Shown here piece by piece: positions 30,433 to 40,596 of a DNA stretch of 64,000 bases. A program made the position numbers and the translations under genes. Every line of letters begins with the position of its first letter. Within the stretch, counting starts at the first letter, position 1. The DNA is taken from contig CATOTD010000002.1 of NCBI GenBank assembly GCA_951812995.1, forward strand, positions 67,468-131,467, given 5' to 3'. Source of the stretch: an uncultured Gammaproteobacteria bacterium (lineage in GTDB: Bacteria; Pseudomonadota; Gammaproteobacteria; Eutrophobiales; Eutrophobiaceae). A model generated the notes under the pieces. That model had not been told where the DNA came from. It did not search any database and worked only from the letters and a program-made list of their open reading frames with translations.

Positions 30433-31561
30433 GGTTATGACTATTGTTGGAACTCGACCCGAGCTTATCAAGATGAGCCGTGTTATAGTAGAGTTTGATC
30501 GCCAAACTGAACATGTTCTTGTGCATACTGGCCAAAATTATGACTATGAATTGAATCAAATATTTTTTGATGAAATGAATATTCGAAAACCAAATTATTT
30601 TCTGGATGTTGCCAGTGAAAATGCCGCAAAAACCATAGGTCAGGTTATTATTAGTTCCGATGAAATATTACGTAGGGAAAAGCCAGATGCTGTTTTGCTT
30701 TATGGTGATACAAATTCTTGCCTTGCGGTTATTTCTGCAAAACGACTTAAAATTCCTATATTTCATTTTGAAGCCGGCAATCGTTGTTTTAATCAATGTG
30801 TTCCAGAAGAATTAAATCGTAAGATTGTTGATCATTTAAGTGATATAAATCTCGTTTTAAGTGAACACGCCAGGCGTTGTTTGATTGCAGAAGGCATCCC
30901 TGCGGACAGAATAATTAAGACGGGTTCTCATATGCAAGAAGTGTTGGAATATTATCTTCCAGAAATAGAAAAATCAGAGGTGTTGCAACATAATAAGCTA
31001 AAACAAAACGAATATTTCGTTGTGAGCGCACATCGGGAGGAGAATGTTGATTCTCCAGAAAATCTTGTTGAGCTCTTAAACACACTTAATATATTAGCCA
31101 GAACGTATAAGTTTCCAATAATCGTATCGACTCATCCGCGAACACAAAAACGGTTAAATAAAATTGATGATATAGGAGTAAATAGTCTGATTAGATTTAT
31201 CAAACCTTTTGGTTTTGTAGATTATATAAAATTACAGATTGATTCGTACTGTGTGATCTCAGATAGTGGGACTATTATGGAAGAAGCGGCATTATTGAAC
31301 TTTCCTGCAATCACTATTCGAGATGAACATGAAAGACCAGAAGGTTTTGATTCAGGAACACTGGTTATGACTGGTTTAAAGCAAGAACGGGTACAAGATG
31401 GTATAAAGATAATTAAGAGTCAGCGAAAAGAACTCGAAAAAAATATAGGGGTGGTGACTGATTATGAAGCGGGGTCCGTATCAAAAAAAGCAGTCAGGAT
31501 TGTTTTAAGCTATATTGATTACGTAAATAAAGGGAATTATATACTTGAATCCAATAAATAA
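30422..31561 (+). CDS. fnlC: non-hydrolysing UDP-sugar 2-epimerase (CapG/FnlC/WbjD family); C-terminal 6 codons rewritten by IS1595 insertion
   Basis: TIVGTRPELIKM..., HTGQNYDYELNQIFF, FHFEAGNRCF, TGSHMQEVL signatures of UDP-GlcNAc 2-epimerase-like enzymes. The last residues (GNYILESNK) are encoded by the IS1595 left IR. Confidence 0.8.
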   Translation: MMLKVMTIVGTRPELIKMSRVIVEFDRQTEHVLVHTGQNYDYELNQIFFDEMNIRKPNYFLDVASENAAKTIGQVIISSDEILRREKPDAVLLYGDTNSCLAVISAKRLKIPIFHFEAGNRCFNQCVPEELNRKIVDHLSDINLVLSEHARRCLIAEGIPADRIIKTGSHMQEVLEYYLPEIEKSEVLQHNKLKQNEYFVVSAHREENVDSPENLVELLNTLNILARTYKFPIIVSTHPRTQKRLNKIDDIGVNSLIRFIKPFGFVDYIKLQIDSYCVISDSGTIMEEAALLNFPAITIRDEHERPEGFDSGTLVMTGLKQERVQDGIKIIKSQRKELEKNIGVVTDYEAGSVSKKAVRIVLSYIDYVNKGNYILESNK

Positions 31562-31606
31562 CCCATATAATCTAACATAAAAATGCAATAAAACGGAGGG
31601 GTATCA

Positions 31607-32536
31607 ATGAAAGACAATACCATATCCACATTTGAGTTATTTCGCCAGTTTCCGGATGCTGAAGCCGCTAGATTGTATTTTGAGGGACAACGCTGGGGAG
31701 ATTACATATCCTGTCCTCATTGTGGGGAATTTAAGCGTATTACCCCGCGCAAAGGAAAGCGGACAGGATATTACTTATGCCGGGACTGCAAGAGTGAGTT
31801 TACGGTGAGAACCGGCACTATCTTTGAACGTTCTCATGTACCACTACATAAATGGCTATATGCTATTTACTTAACTGTCACCTCGCGCAAGGGCATATCT
31901 AGCTTGCAGTTATCTAAACAAATCGGAGTAACTCAAAAGACCGCCTGGTTTATGCAGGCCCGCATTCGTGAATCCTGTAACGATAATACAGATAATTTAC
32001 TTTCTGGCATTGTTGAGATTGATGAGACCTATATCGGTGGGAAGGAACATAACAAACACAAACACAAGAAAGCCCGCGCAGGCCGTGGCGTAGCTGGCAA
32101 GCAGGTAGTGGTCGGAATGCGTGAGCGCGGTGGCCGCACAAGGGCTAAGCCTATCCCATCAACTGATATACCGACCCTGCACAAAGAGATTGGCTGTTCA
32201 GTGGAATATGGTGCCACCATTTACACAGATGAACACAGGTCATATCAGCATTTACAGTCTGCTTATCAGCATGGTACGGTAACCCATAGTGCGGGAGAAT
32301 ATGTGGGTTCAAACAACATTCATACCAATAGCATTGAAAGTGTCTGGGCTTTACTCAAACGCGGTCTGTATGGGGTATGGCCTCATGCCAGCACTAAACA
32401 CTTACATCGCTATGTGAACGAAGTGACTTTTAGACTGAATAACGGACCATGTAAGTTACCAACCAATCAACGTATAGAATCACTTATAAGCAACGCGATA
32501 GGTAAACGGATTACCTATCGCGAGGTGCTAGCATGA
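31607..32536 (+). CDS. IS1595-family transposase
   Basis: 309 aa, identical to the copy 1 transposase apart from a few substitutions and an in-frame KH insertion (EHNKHKHKKARAG vs EHNKHKKARAG). Confidence 0.85.
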   Translation: MKDNTISTFELFRQFPDAEAARLYFEGQRWGDYISCPHCGEFKRITPRKGKRTGYYLCRDCKSEFTVRTGTIFERSHVPLHKWLYAIYLTVTSRKGISSLQLSKQIGVTQKTAWFMQARIRESCNDNTDNLLSGIVEIDETYIGGKEHNKHKHKKARAGRGVAGKQVVVGMRERGGRTRAKPIPSTDIPTLHKEIGCSVEYGATIYTDEHRSYQHLQSAYQHGTVTHSAGEYVGSNNIHTNSIESVWALLKRGLYGVWPHASTKHLHRYVNEVTFRLNNGPCKLPTNQRIESLISNAIGKRITYREVLA

Positions 32537-32555
32537 GCAAAGCAATGGAAATAGA

Positions 32556-32852
32556 ATGCGGATATACAGGACGATAATGAGAGCAGGTTACATCAAAGAC
32601 TATATAAGTGGTGAAGAAGTAAAAGCTACGCCAGCAGAAGCAGTACAAGTCTTTTCCGAAACACTTGTCGAAGATTACGGATACCCCAAAGAACAATTAC
32701 AAACACGACCACAGTGGCGTGTAAAAGTAAGGCCATCTGATACCAAAAAAGAGTATCCGCTTGATATTGCAGTATTCAACAAAGATAAAAAACCGATAAA
32801 AACCTTTTTATTGTCGTTGCGTGCAAACGAAAGACAAGAAAAGATGGTTTAA
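32556..32852 (+). CDS. IS-borne passenger ORF (HsdR-N-like), second copy
   Basis: 98 aa, paralogue of 24067..24369 with an in-frame 2-aa indel. Confidence 0.5.
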   Translation: MRIYRTIMRAGYIKDYISGEEVKATPAEAVQVFSETLVEDYGYPKEQLQTRPQWRVKVRPSDTKKEYPLDIAVFNKDKKPIKTFLLSLRANERQEKMV

Positions 32853-33027
32853 CCCAAAATGGAGTGCAATTGAAAAATTGCATAAGGTAACAGGTGAGCA
32901 TGGTGAGCTTGTTACTTGAAAAAACTAACAAATCATTGTGTTTGTATTTTGTAGTGAAGTTGGAGTAAAGTATATAATTCCATAAATAAAAATGTTTGGC
33001 ACTCTCCATAATTTTTTATAATAAATT

Positions 33028-34236
33028 TTGAATATATATATAATTTCACAATGGTACTACCCTGAGCCCGATGGTAGGGTAAGTGCGCTTGCCGAAGGAC
33101 TGGTTAAACTTGGACATGACGTTACCGTCGTTACCGGATTCCCTAATTATCCCATAGGCAGGATATATGCTGGTTATAATATAAAATGGCGACAGTGGGA
33201 AAAATTAAATGGCGTTAATGTATTGCGTTTGCCACTATATCCAAACCACAGCAAATCAGTAATCAAACGTGTACTTAATTACGCAAGCTTTTCCTTATCA
33301 TGTTTACTAATAGCACCGTGGTTTATTAAAAAGCCAGATGTCATCTGGGCATATACCCCTTTTATTGTGATGCCTGTAATTTATTTGCATAAAATATTTA
33401 AGATTCCTTATGTATTAGAAATTCCAGATATGTGGCCTGATACGATTTATGCTACTGGAATGTTAAGGCGCGGAGTATTAACAAAATTATTAAATGGAAT
33501 AGCAAATATTGGTTATAAATATGCTTCAGCGATTACAGTCCAAAATATTGGGTTTAAGACATGTTTGATAGAGAGAAATGTTGAATATAGTAAAATATTT
33601 GTTATTGAAAACTGGGCCGATGAAAAAATATTTAGACCCATTAATTACGATATTGAATTAGCAAAAAAATATAAATTGCAAGATAAATTTATTATTATGT
33701 TTGCTGGCAATATGGGAATTGCGCAAGGACTTAATAATATTATTGAGGCAGCCAATTTATGTAAAAATATAACAGAGATTCAATATGTCTTTATTGGGGA
33801 TGGTGTATGTCTTCAAGAAATTAAACAAAAAACATTGGATTTAGATATTGATAATATTTCCTTTATCGATAAAAAACCTATAAATGAAATAGTCTATTAC
33901 TTATCCCTTGCTGATGTTTTGTTAGTGTCACTACGTGACGACCCGCTATTTGAAATAACTTTACCAGGGAAAACTCAAGCATACCTTGCATGTGGCAAAC
34001 CCATTATTATTGCCAAGCGAGGTGAGGATGCAAAAGCATTAGAAAAACAGGGTTGCGCTATAAACTGTGAGCCTGACGACCCTGTTGCGCTTGTTGATGC
34101 AATAAAAAAAATATTCAATATGTTGCCGGCTAATCGCATTAAAATGGGTGTTTCAGGATTGAAATTATCTAATGAAAAATATAATAAAGACATCTTGTTG
34201 AAAAAAATGGAAGAAGTATTATCGAGAGTTGTTTAA
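33028..34236 (+). CDS. GT4-family glycosyltransferase (WbuB-like)
   Basis: 402 aa with the GT4 architecture (N-terminal ISQWYYPE.., C-terminal FAGNMG...E..G.P.I). AT-rich like the adjacent fnl genes. Confidence 0.75.
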   Translation: MNIYIISQWYYPEPDGRVSALAEGLVKLGHDVTVVTGFPNYPIGRIYAGYNIKWRQWEKLNGVNVLRLPLYPNHSKSVIKRVLNYASFSLSCLLIAPWFIKKPDVIWAYTPFIVMPVIYLHKIFKIPYVLEIPDMWPDTIYATGMLRRGVLTKLLNGIANIGYKYASAITVQNIGFKTCLIERNVEYSKIFVIENWADEKIFRPINYDIELAKKYKLQDKFIIMFAGNMGIAQGLNNIIEAANLCKNITEIQYVFIGDGVCLQEIKQKTLDLDIDNISFIDKKPINEIVYYLSLADVLLVSLRDDPLFEITLPGKTQAYLACGKPIIIAKRGEDAKALEKQGCAINCEPDDPVALVDAIKKIFNMLPANRIKMGVSGLKLSNEKYNKDILLKKMEEVLSRVV

Positions 34237-34561
34237 TCCTTGCAGGATATCGCCGTATTAACTGATATATCACCCTACAATCCACCCATTTGTAGTCGAA
34301 TTTAAAAGTAGAATCATGCGGCCTTTTTCACTTGTGTGAGTTACATGTCTAGTGTAACTTCGCCAATCGCCATATTAAGCAGGACATTGTTGTAAGTCCA
34401 GAGCCATTGAAATCCCTGTTCTTGCACCCCTTATTGTTGCAAAAATGTTCTGGTCCAACCATTCCTAGAAGTGTTCCCCAAAATCTGGACAACGCTTATA
34501 ACCCCTTCCCGATTATGCAGGCATCTTTGTCTGCGTACTGGCAGTATACCGAACCCGGTGT

Positions 34562-34957
34562 CTACTTGTTCAGTGATTGGTGTCGTTGACGCTCATTGTA
34601 AAACACAAAGTAACGCTGCAATGATTGTCGGGCTTGGGCTACCGTGTCGTACGCTTTGAGATAGACTGCTTCGTATTTCACGCTACGCCATAACCGCTCC
34701 ACAAACACATTATCCACCCAGCGGTACTTGCCATCCATACTGCTCTTGATGTCATTGCCCTTTAGCACCGAAGTGAAGATTTCACCCGTAAACTGATGTC
34801 CTTGGTCAGTATTGAAGCTGGAAACCTCGAACAACTTGGTTTTTGGGACGAGGACGAAGCGAGTTTCGCTCGGTCTCACCCGCATTGCGGGCATGGAGGT
34901 CATGAGTTGGGGTATTTGAGGCAAAAGCGCGGCGTTTTGGGCTACATAAGCAGGCAA
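34562..34957 (-). pseudogene. IS3-family orfB (integrase-core) C-terminal remnant
   Basis: ..DQGHQFTGEIF...SMDGKYRWVDNVFVERLWRSVKYEAVYL...FYNERQRHQSL is typical of the C-terminal rve domain of IS3-family OrfB; interrupted on its 5' side by the IS5-family element at ~34966. Confidence 0.65.
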
Positions 34958-34965
34958 TTTCCGAA

Positions 34966-36130
34966 TTTGGACAGAGTCAGGCTGTGGCCTGTCGTCGCTC
35001 GTGGAAAATGAGACGGCGGAAGTTGTAGCTCAGGTTGGCCATGGTCATGCGGGCCTTCGCACGGGTTTGGCCGATTGAGCGGATGGTCAGAGCCATGGGC
35101 CCTTTCTCGTAGCCGAACACAGGCGCGGATGGCGGAGCGTGTCGCGTTGCCCCGGCGAATATGCCTGGCCATGGGTTTGCCGCGTGGCTTCTTGCGATGG
35201 ATATGTGAGCGGTACCCTTGCGCCTTCAGCCAAGCCTCATTCCTGGCCGAGCGGTACCTGGTATCGGCCCAAACCGCCTTCGAGCTGTTTGTCTCGTCCA
35301 GAACCGAGGAGCGTTCATGCCCGTCGTAGCGAGCCGCATTCGTGCCAGTCTCACCCCGGATGAAGCGCCATTTGCGGTCAATGGACACGTGGTTCTTGTA
35401 CCCAAAGTGCGGAACCGAAATATCGACAAGGCCAGTATCCTCCTCACCCTCCCTGGTCGTCTTGGCCTTTGAATACTTGACCGTCCAACGCGCATCGGTG
35501 TCTTTCTGCGCTGCCTTGGACAGATCATCGGGCCAGATGTCAGATGCGGCCTCACCTGCCTTGGCGCGCGCTTTCTCTGCTTTCGTCATCCGCTGGCGCG
35601 GGGCAAAGACCAACGTGGCATCCATAATCTGACCGCCGGTCGGTTTGTATCCCCGCGCGCACAGCTGAGCTTCAAACGCGGCAAACAGGGCCTTGAAGAC
35701 ACCCGCCTGGGTCAGCTTCTCTCTGAAAAGCCAGAGCGTTTTTTGGTCGGGGGTTGGCTCCCCGATTTGAAATCCCAGGAACCGCAGCCAACTGAAACGG
35801 TCACGAATGAGAAACTCCATCCGCTCATCACTCAGATTGTGCATCGAGGCCAACACCAGCACCTTGAACATCACAACGGCATCATAGGGCGGACGACCAC
35901 CTTTGGGACGTTCCCCATAATCAAGCGCTTCAACAAGAACTGGGCGAAACACTTCGAAATCAACGTGCCGCTCCAAAACCTCAAGCGGATCTCCCATCGC
36001 CGAAAGCCGCGCCAAATGATCCGTCAAATCAAACAATCCAGGTGCGTGCATAAACAAAATCCTCCCACATCAAGTGAATCAGACCGTACCACAAAATGCA
36101 CGGTTTTTAGAGGCTTCCAGTTGGCAAACC
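34966..36130 (-). mobile_element. IS5-family element (lineage 2) copy 1 with intact 371-aa transposase (34942..36057)
   Basis: DDE_Tnp_1 signatures (GGQIMDATLVFAP, DTDARWTVKY, FGYKNHVSIDRKW, AVWADTRYRS). About 97% identical to the inverted copy at 37575..38713. Sequence identity to that copy drops abruptly outside these bounds. Confidence 0.75.
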
Positions 36131-36401
36131 ACACCAAGGTGCGTCCGTGCGCAAAATCCTCAAACACCACATTAATGACCGTGGTTATCTTAGTGTCAAT
36201 CGCCTCTGGTTCGGTCCAGCAGACAGGACTCTAGTAGTAACGTAACCCAGTGTTATCCGAAATATCATGGTGTTGATGGGCTGGCTTCATGGTCATGGCC
36301 AGCAAGCATGGCATGAGGTTGGCGGCGCGGTATCAAGGATAAGTTTTTGGCAATGTATAAGTAATCTCGTTTTCTTTTATGACCAGGTATCCTAGCTTCT
36401 G

Positions 36402-37557
36402 TAGTTTCTTGGGTAGTGTCAATAATCTCTCGCACTTTCTGATTTGGCTTTCCCTTAAATCTGGTTGTTACGCGATCTGAAAATCCTTTTCTTTATCCAT
36501 CTCTTGGAGCAAATCCATGTTCAGATATTTCCGCGTTCCCCACTAGCTCCCCGCGATGTGTCTAAGCCTTGCCGCACAAAGCATCAACGCCGAGTTGCCA
36601 TCCGGGAATGCACACACTACTCGTGTTCGCCGCCTGATTTCTCGGATGATCCTCTCCAAAGGATTGTTAGTCCGAATGCGAATCCAGTGCTCTGCCAGAA
36701 ACCGATAATACGTCAGGGTCTCTTCCATGCACTACCCAGCCAATCCGCTACACTCGATAACTTCATGTCCCTGAGTTTCTTCTCGACCTCCGTGGCCTTA
36801 TGCCTGGCAGATTCCAGATATTCAGATGCATGGATAGCCTGCAACATGCGAGAGACTTCTTTGACACGACCACGAGACACATGACTGAAGACGTTGCGGT
36901 AGAAGTGCACAATACAACGCTGCCAGCCAGCTTAGGGGTAGAAGTCACCGATAGACTCCTTGCGCCCAAGACAGGCATCACTGAGCACCAACCTGATGCC
37001 CTTGAGACCGCGTGCCTGCAAATGACGCAGGAATCCTGACCATCCCACCTTATCCTCCTTAGTACCTTCAACAATCCCTAGAATGCGGCGGTAGCCATCG
37101 TCCCCAACACCGATGGCGACTAGAACAGAAACGTTCTTCACTGCACCGCCCCAACTGCGTTTGAGCACAACACCGTCCAGGTATACATAAGGGAAATCAC
37201 TCCCTATGGGGCGATTACGCCACTCTTCAATCTGCCCATAGATACGCTGGTTGAGCTTTGAAATAGTCCCTAAGCTGACACGGGTACCCCACAATGCTAC
37301 GGTAATGTCTTCTACACGTTGTACTGAAACACCTGCCAGATACATCTCGATCAGTGCCTCTTCAATTGACGCTACACGGTGCCGATAGTGCTCTATGATG
37401 GCCATCTCAAAGGTCTGCTTGCGTAGCTTCGGCATCTTTAACTCAAGCTCTCCGGCCCTTGTGTGGCACTTCCTGGTGTAGCTACCAGACCGGTCGTCTT
37501 TGCGCGTCTCAGTGCGTGCATATCGATCAGCACCCACCAGCGCATCAGCCTCAGCAC
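36402..37557 (-). mobile_element. IS256-family element, lineage 1, copy B: 5'-truncated by the IS5-family element, independent TAA nonsense
   Basis: Homology with copies A and C from the right IR (GGTAGTGTCAATAATCTTTCGCAC) up to transposase residue ~75, where the IS5-family end abuts. It has ccc-taa-gct where A and C have the 1-nt deletion, and reads through where A and C have TGA. Confidence 0.75.
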
Positions 37558-37574
37558 GAATCAGTTGGAATCCT

Positions 37575-38713
37575 CTAAAAACCGTACACTTTGTGGTACG
37601 GTCTGATTCACTTGATGTGGGAGGATTTTGTTTATGCACGCACCTGGATTGTTTGATTTGACGGATCATTTGGCGCGGCTTTCGGCGATGGGAGATCCGC
37701 TTGAGGTTTTGGAGCGGCACGTTGATTTCGAAGTGTTTCGCCCAGTTCTTGTTGAAGCGCTTGGCTATGGGGAACGTCCCAAAGGTGGTCGCCCGCCCTA
37801 TGATGCCGTTGTGATGTTCAAGGTTCTGGTGTTGGCCTCGATGCACAATCTGAGCGATGAGCGGATGGAGTTTCTCATTCGTAACCGTTTCAGTTGGCTA
37901 CGGTTCCTGGGATTTCAAATCGGGGAGCCGACACCTGATCAGAAGACGATCTGGCTTTTCAGAGAGAAGCTGACCTAGGCGGGTGTCTTCAAGGCCCTGT
38001 TTGCCGCGTTTGAAGCTCAGCTGTGCGCGCGGGGATACAAACCGACCGGCGGTCAGATTGTGGATGCCACGTTGGTCTCTGCCCCGCGCCAGCGGATGAC
38101 GAAAGCAGAGAAAGCGCGCGCCAAGGCAGGTGAGGCCGCGTCTGACATCTGGCCCGATGATCTGTCCAAGGCAGCGCAGAAAGACACCGATGCACGTTGG
38201 ACGGTCAAGTATTCAAAGGCCAAGACAACCAAGGAGGGTGAGGAGGATACTGGCCTTGTCGATATTTCTGTTCCGCACTTTGGGTACAAGAACCACGTGT
38301 CCATAGACCGCAAATGGCGCTTCATCCAGGGTGAGACTGGCACGAATGCGGCTCGCTACGACGGGCATGAACTCTCCTCGGTTCTGGACGAGACAAACAG
38401 CTCGAAGGCGGTTTGGGCCGATACCGGGTACCGCTTGGCCAGGAATGAGGCTTGGCTGAAGGCGCAAGGGTACCGCTCACATATCCATCGCAAGAAGCCA
38501 CGCGGCAAACCCATGGCCAGGCATATTCGTCGGGGCAACGCGACACGCTCCGCCATCCGCGCCTGTGTTCGGCTACGAGAAAGGGCCCATGGCTCTGACC
38601 ATCCGCTCAATCGGCCAAACCCGTGCGAAGGCCCGCATGACCATGGCCAACCTGAGCTACAACTTCCGCCGTCTCATCTTCCACGAGCGACGACAGGCCA
38701 CAGCCTGACTCCG
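37575..38713 (+). mobile_element. IS5-family element (lineage 2) copy 2, inverted; transposase pseudogene (in-frame TAG at 37976..37978)
   Basis: ORFs 37628..37978 and 38060..38785 equal the copy 1 transposase with a premature stop (..EKLT*AGVFK..). Inserted into IS256 copy B on one side and next to an IS3 orfB-like remnant on the other. Confidence 0.75.
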
Positions 38714-38859
38714 CCCAAATTCCGGAAATACCCGCCCTGGCGGACCCAAACAGCGCAACACAGCCTCAAATACCACCGATCTTGACCTTCACACCCACTA
38801 TGCGGGTGACAACGACTGGTGCTCGCGTCAAAATCCATCCAGAATCAGCGTTGTTCGAG

Positions 38860-39433
38860 GTCTCCAACTTCCCATTGCCGTTTCAAACGACCCACGACAT
38901 TGGCCGACAGCCCTTTAGCCTCCAATCCGACAATCGCTTCCAGTGCACTTTGCATCTGACCACTCGAAACACCTTTCAAATAAAGCCAGGGAATCGCCGC
39001 ATCCAGGGTCGCTGTGCGCCGGATGTAGGGCGGTACAAGCAAAGATTGAAAGCTCGCCGACTCACCCTCACGGCTACGGATATTGGGCACCTCGACGCTG
39101 ACCTTGCCAACCCCGATGATGATCTCTCGTTCTGGATGATGGCCACTGCGGACAACGCGCTGGCATCCGTCAGCCGTTTTTTGATCATCATACTGCCTCA
39201 TCAACTCATCTGGCTCTACCTGGACAGCTTCGGTGATTAACTGCCTCGCACCAGATCTGAGTAACTCTGTCAGTGGATCAATTCCCTCTGGTGTACCCAG
39301 ATCAATCACAGTATTGTTTGTCATGTGTGGCGTACTCCTCTTGTTACTTTTGATTGCTAGACAAAACCGATTCCAGCAAGGCACGCCGCATACTTCAACC
39401 TCTTCAGACATCAGGTTCGATTATAACTCTATA
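38860..39433 (-). mobile_element. IS256-family element, lineage 3, fragment: N-terminal ~180 aa of transposase plus one IS end
   Basis: ORF 39411..38845 (MTNNTVIDLGTPEG...PWLYLKGVSSGQMQSALEAIVG...GRLKRQWE) breaks off where the IS3-like remnant begins. The end sequence ..GCCGCATACTTCAACCTCTTCAGACATCAGGTTCGATTATAACTC is shared with copies at 58436 and 62147. Confidence 0.7.
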
Positions 39434-39639
39434 AATCAATCCGTGATTTCAATAGTTTTGCCATTTTTTAGCTTAAACTTGCACTCTAGTTCTTTTTTAG
39501 GTGGTGGATTATTAGGCATCCTATAAGCCTTTTTAGGCTTATAGGATGCTATTTTCTTAACTGTTTTAGTAAATTGTTTTTGTGTGATCATTTTCTAGGT
39601 GTGATCTGGGCATAGGTTATTCATGCGAGCCATGTGAGA

Positions 39640-40590
39640 GATTATATAAGTGACCAAACCAATAGGGTCAACAGAAACCCGCATGAACGTACACAAGCAT
39701 GCCCCATTGACACCGGAAGGTTGACTGAGTATGGTCAGACGAGCCCAACAACCTGGTTTTTCAGCGACCCAGGTGGCGCAAGAGTTTCATACGTCAACTC
39801 ACACTGTATTGAAGTGGAACAATCGATTTGAGAAGGAAGGTCTGGCAGGCCTGGAAGATAGCAGTTCTCGGCCAGTCAGCCGCCATCCCAGAGCACTGAC
39901 AAATAGGCAAGTCCGCCAAACCTCTTTGCTACGTAAGCACCGCCGGACCATGGAGCGGATTGCCAGGAATGTCGGCTCGACCCCGCCACAATGTCTTCGC
40001 ACCGCAGACGACTCGGTCTAAACAAACGCTCCGCGCTTGCACCCGCTAAACCCAATAATCGCTATGAGCGGTCTTATCCAGGTTCACTGTTGCACCTGGA
40101 CAGCAAGAAACTTAGGCGTTTTTGCAAAGGTAAGCCGTCTGCAGGGGCTGGCTGGGAGTACATACACATCTGCATCGATGCTCATTCCCGACTCAGTTAC
40201 GCTGAGATTCTGCCCGATGAACGCAAAGAGCGTGAAAGCCTACTATGAATCGATGGGCATACAGATTGAGCAGGTGATGACCGACTATGGCTTGAGGGTA
40301 TCGAGCAAAGTTCTTCAATAGGGTACTCAAGGCCATGGGTAGCGGCCACCTGTTTACTCGGCCTTACACACCAAGAACCAACGGCAAGGCCGAGCGATTC
40401 ATACAAACAATGCTCAGAGAGTGGGCCTATGCGATGCGTTATCAAACTTCTCATCTTAGGGCCAAAGCACTACTACCGTGGATTCATGACTACCATTGGC
40501 ATCGACCTCACGGCAGTATAGACAATCAACCACCCATCTCTCGGATAGACATTGCCATGAACAACCTATTTAGGTTCCACATCTAAGAAA
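39640..40590 (+). mobile_element. IS481-family element, transposase pseudogene (multiple frameshifts)
   Basis: ORFs 39731..40021 (HTH region), 39991..40248 (GSLLHLDSKKL...GWEYIHICIDAHSRLSYAEILPDE) and 40335..40586 (RPYTPRTNGKAERFIQT...RPHGS) are successive IS481-type transposase segments in different frames. Confidence 0.7.
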
Positions 40591-40596
40591 CCTCCG

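Larger units (their letters stand above)
31533..32982 (+). mobile_element. IS1595-family element copy 2 (1450 bp), intact, flanked by 8-bp target duplication TAAATAAA
   Basis: IRs GGGAATTATATACTT (31533..) and AAGTATATAATTCC(a) (..32982). TAAATAAA lies at 31525..31532 and 32984..32991. In inverted orientation relative to copy 1. Confidence 0.85.

Noticed and set aside
24067-32852. The IS1595 pair plus intervening DNA as a composite transposon
   Set aside because: Each copy has its own matching 8-bp target duplication (AATTAATT vs TAAATAAA), so they inserted independently. The outer flanks do not share a duplication, so there is no evidence the unit moved as a whole, although recombination between the copies remains possible.
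35743-36234. 163-aa ORF antisense to the N-terminus of the IS5-family transposase (mirror copy 36932..37846 fused to IS256 sequence)
   Set aside because: A mirror ORF inside the IS. In the second copy it continues into unrelated IS256 sequence, showing it is a frame accident, not a gene.
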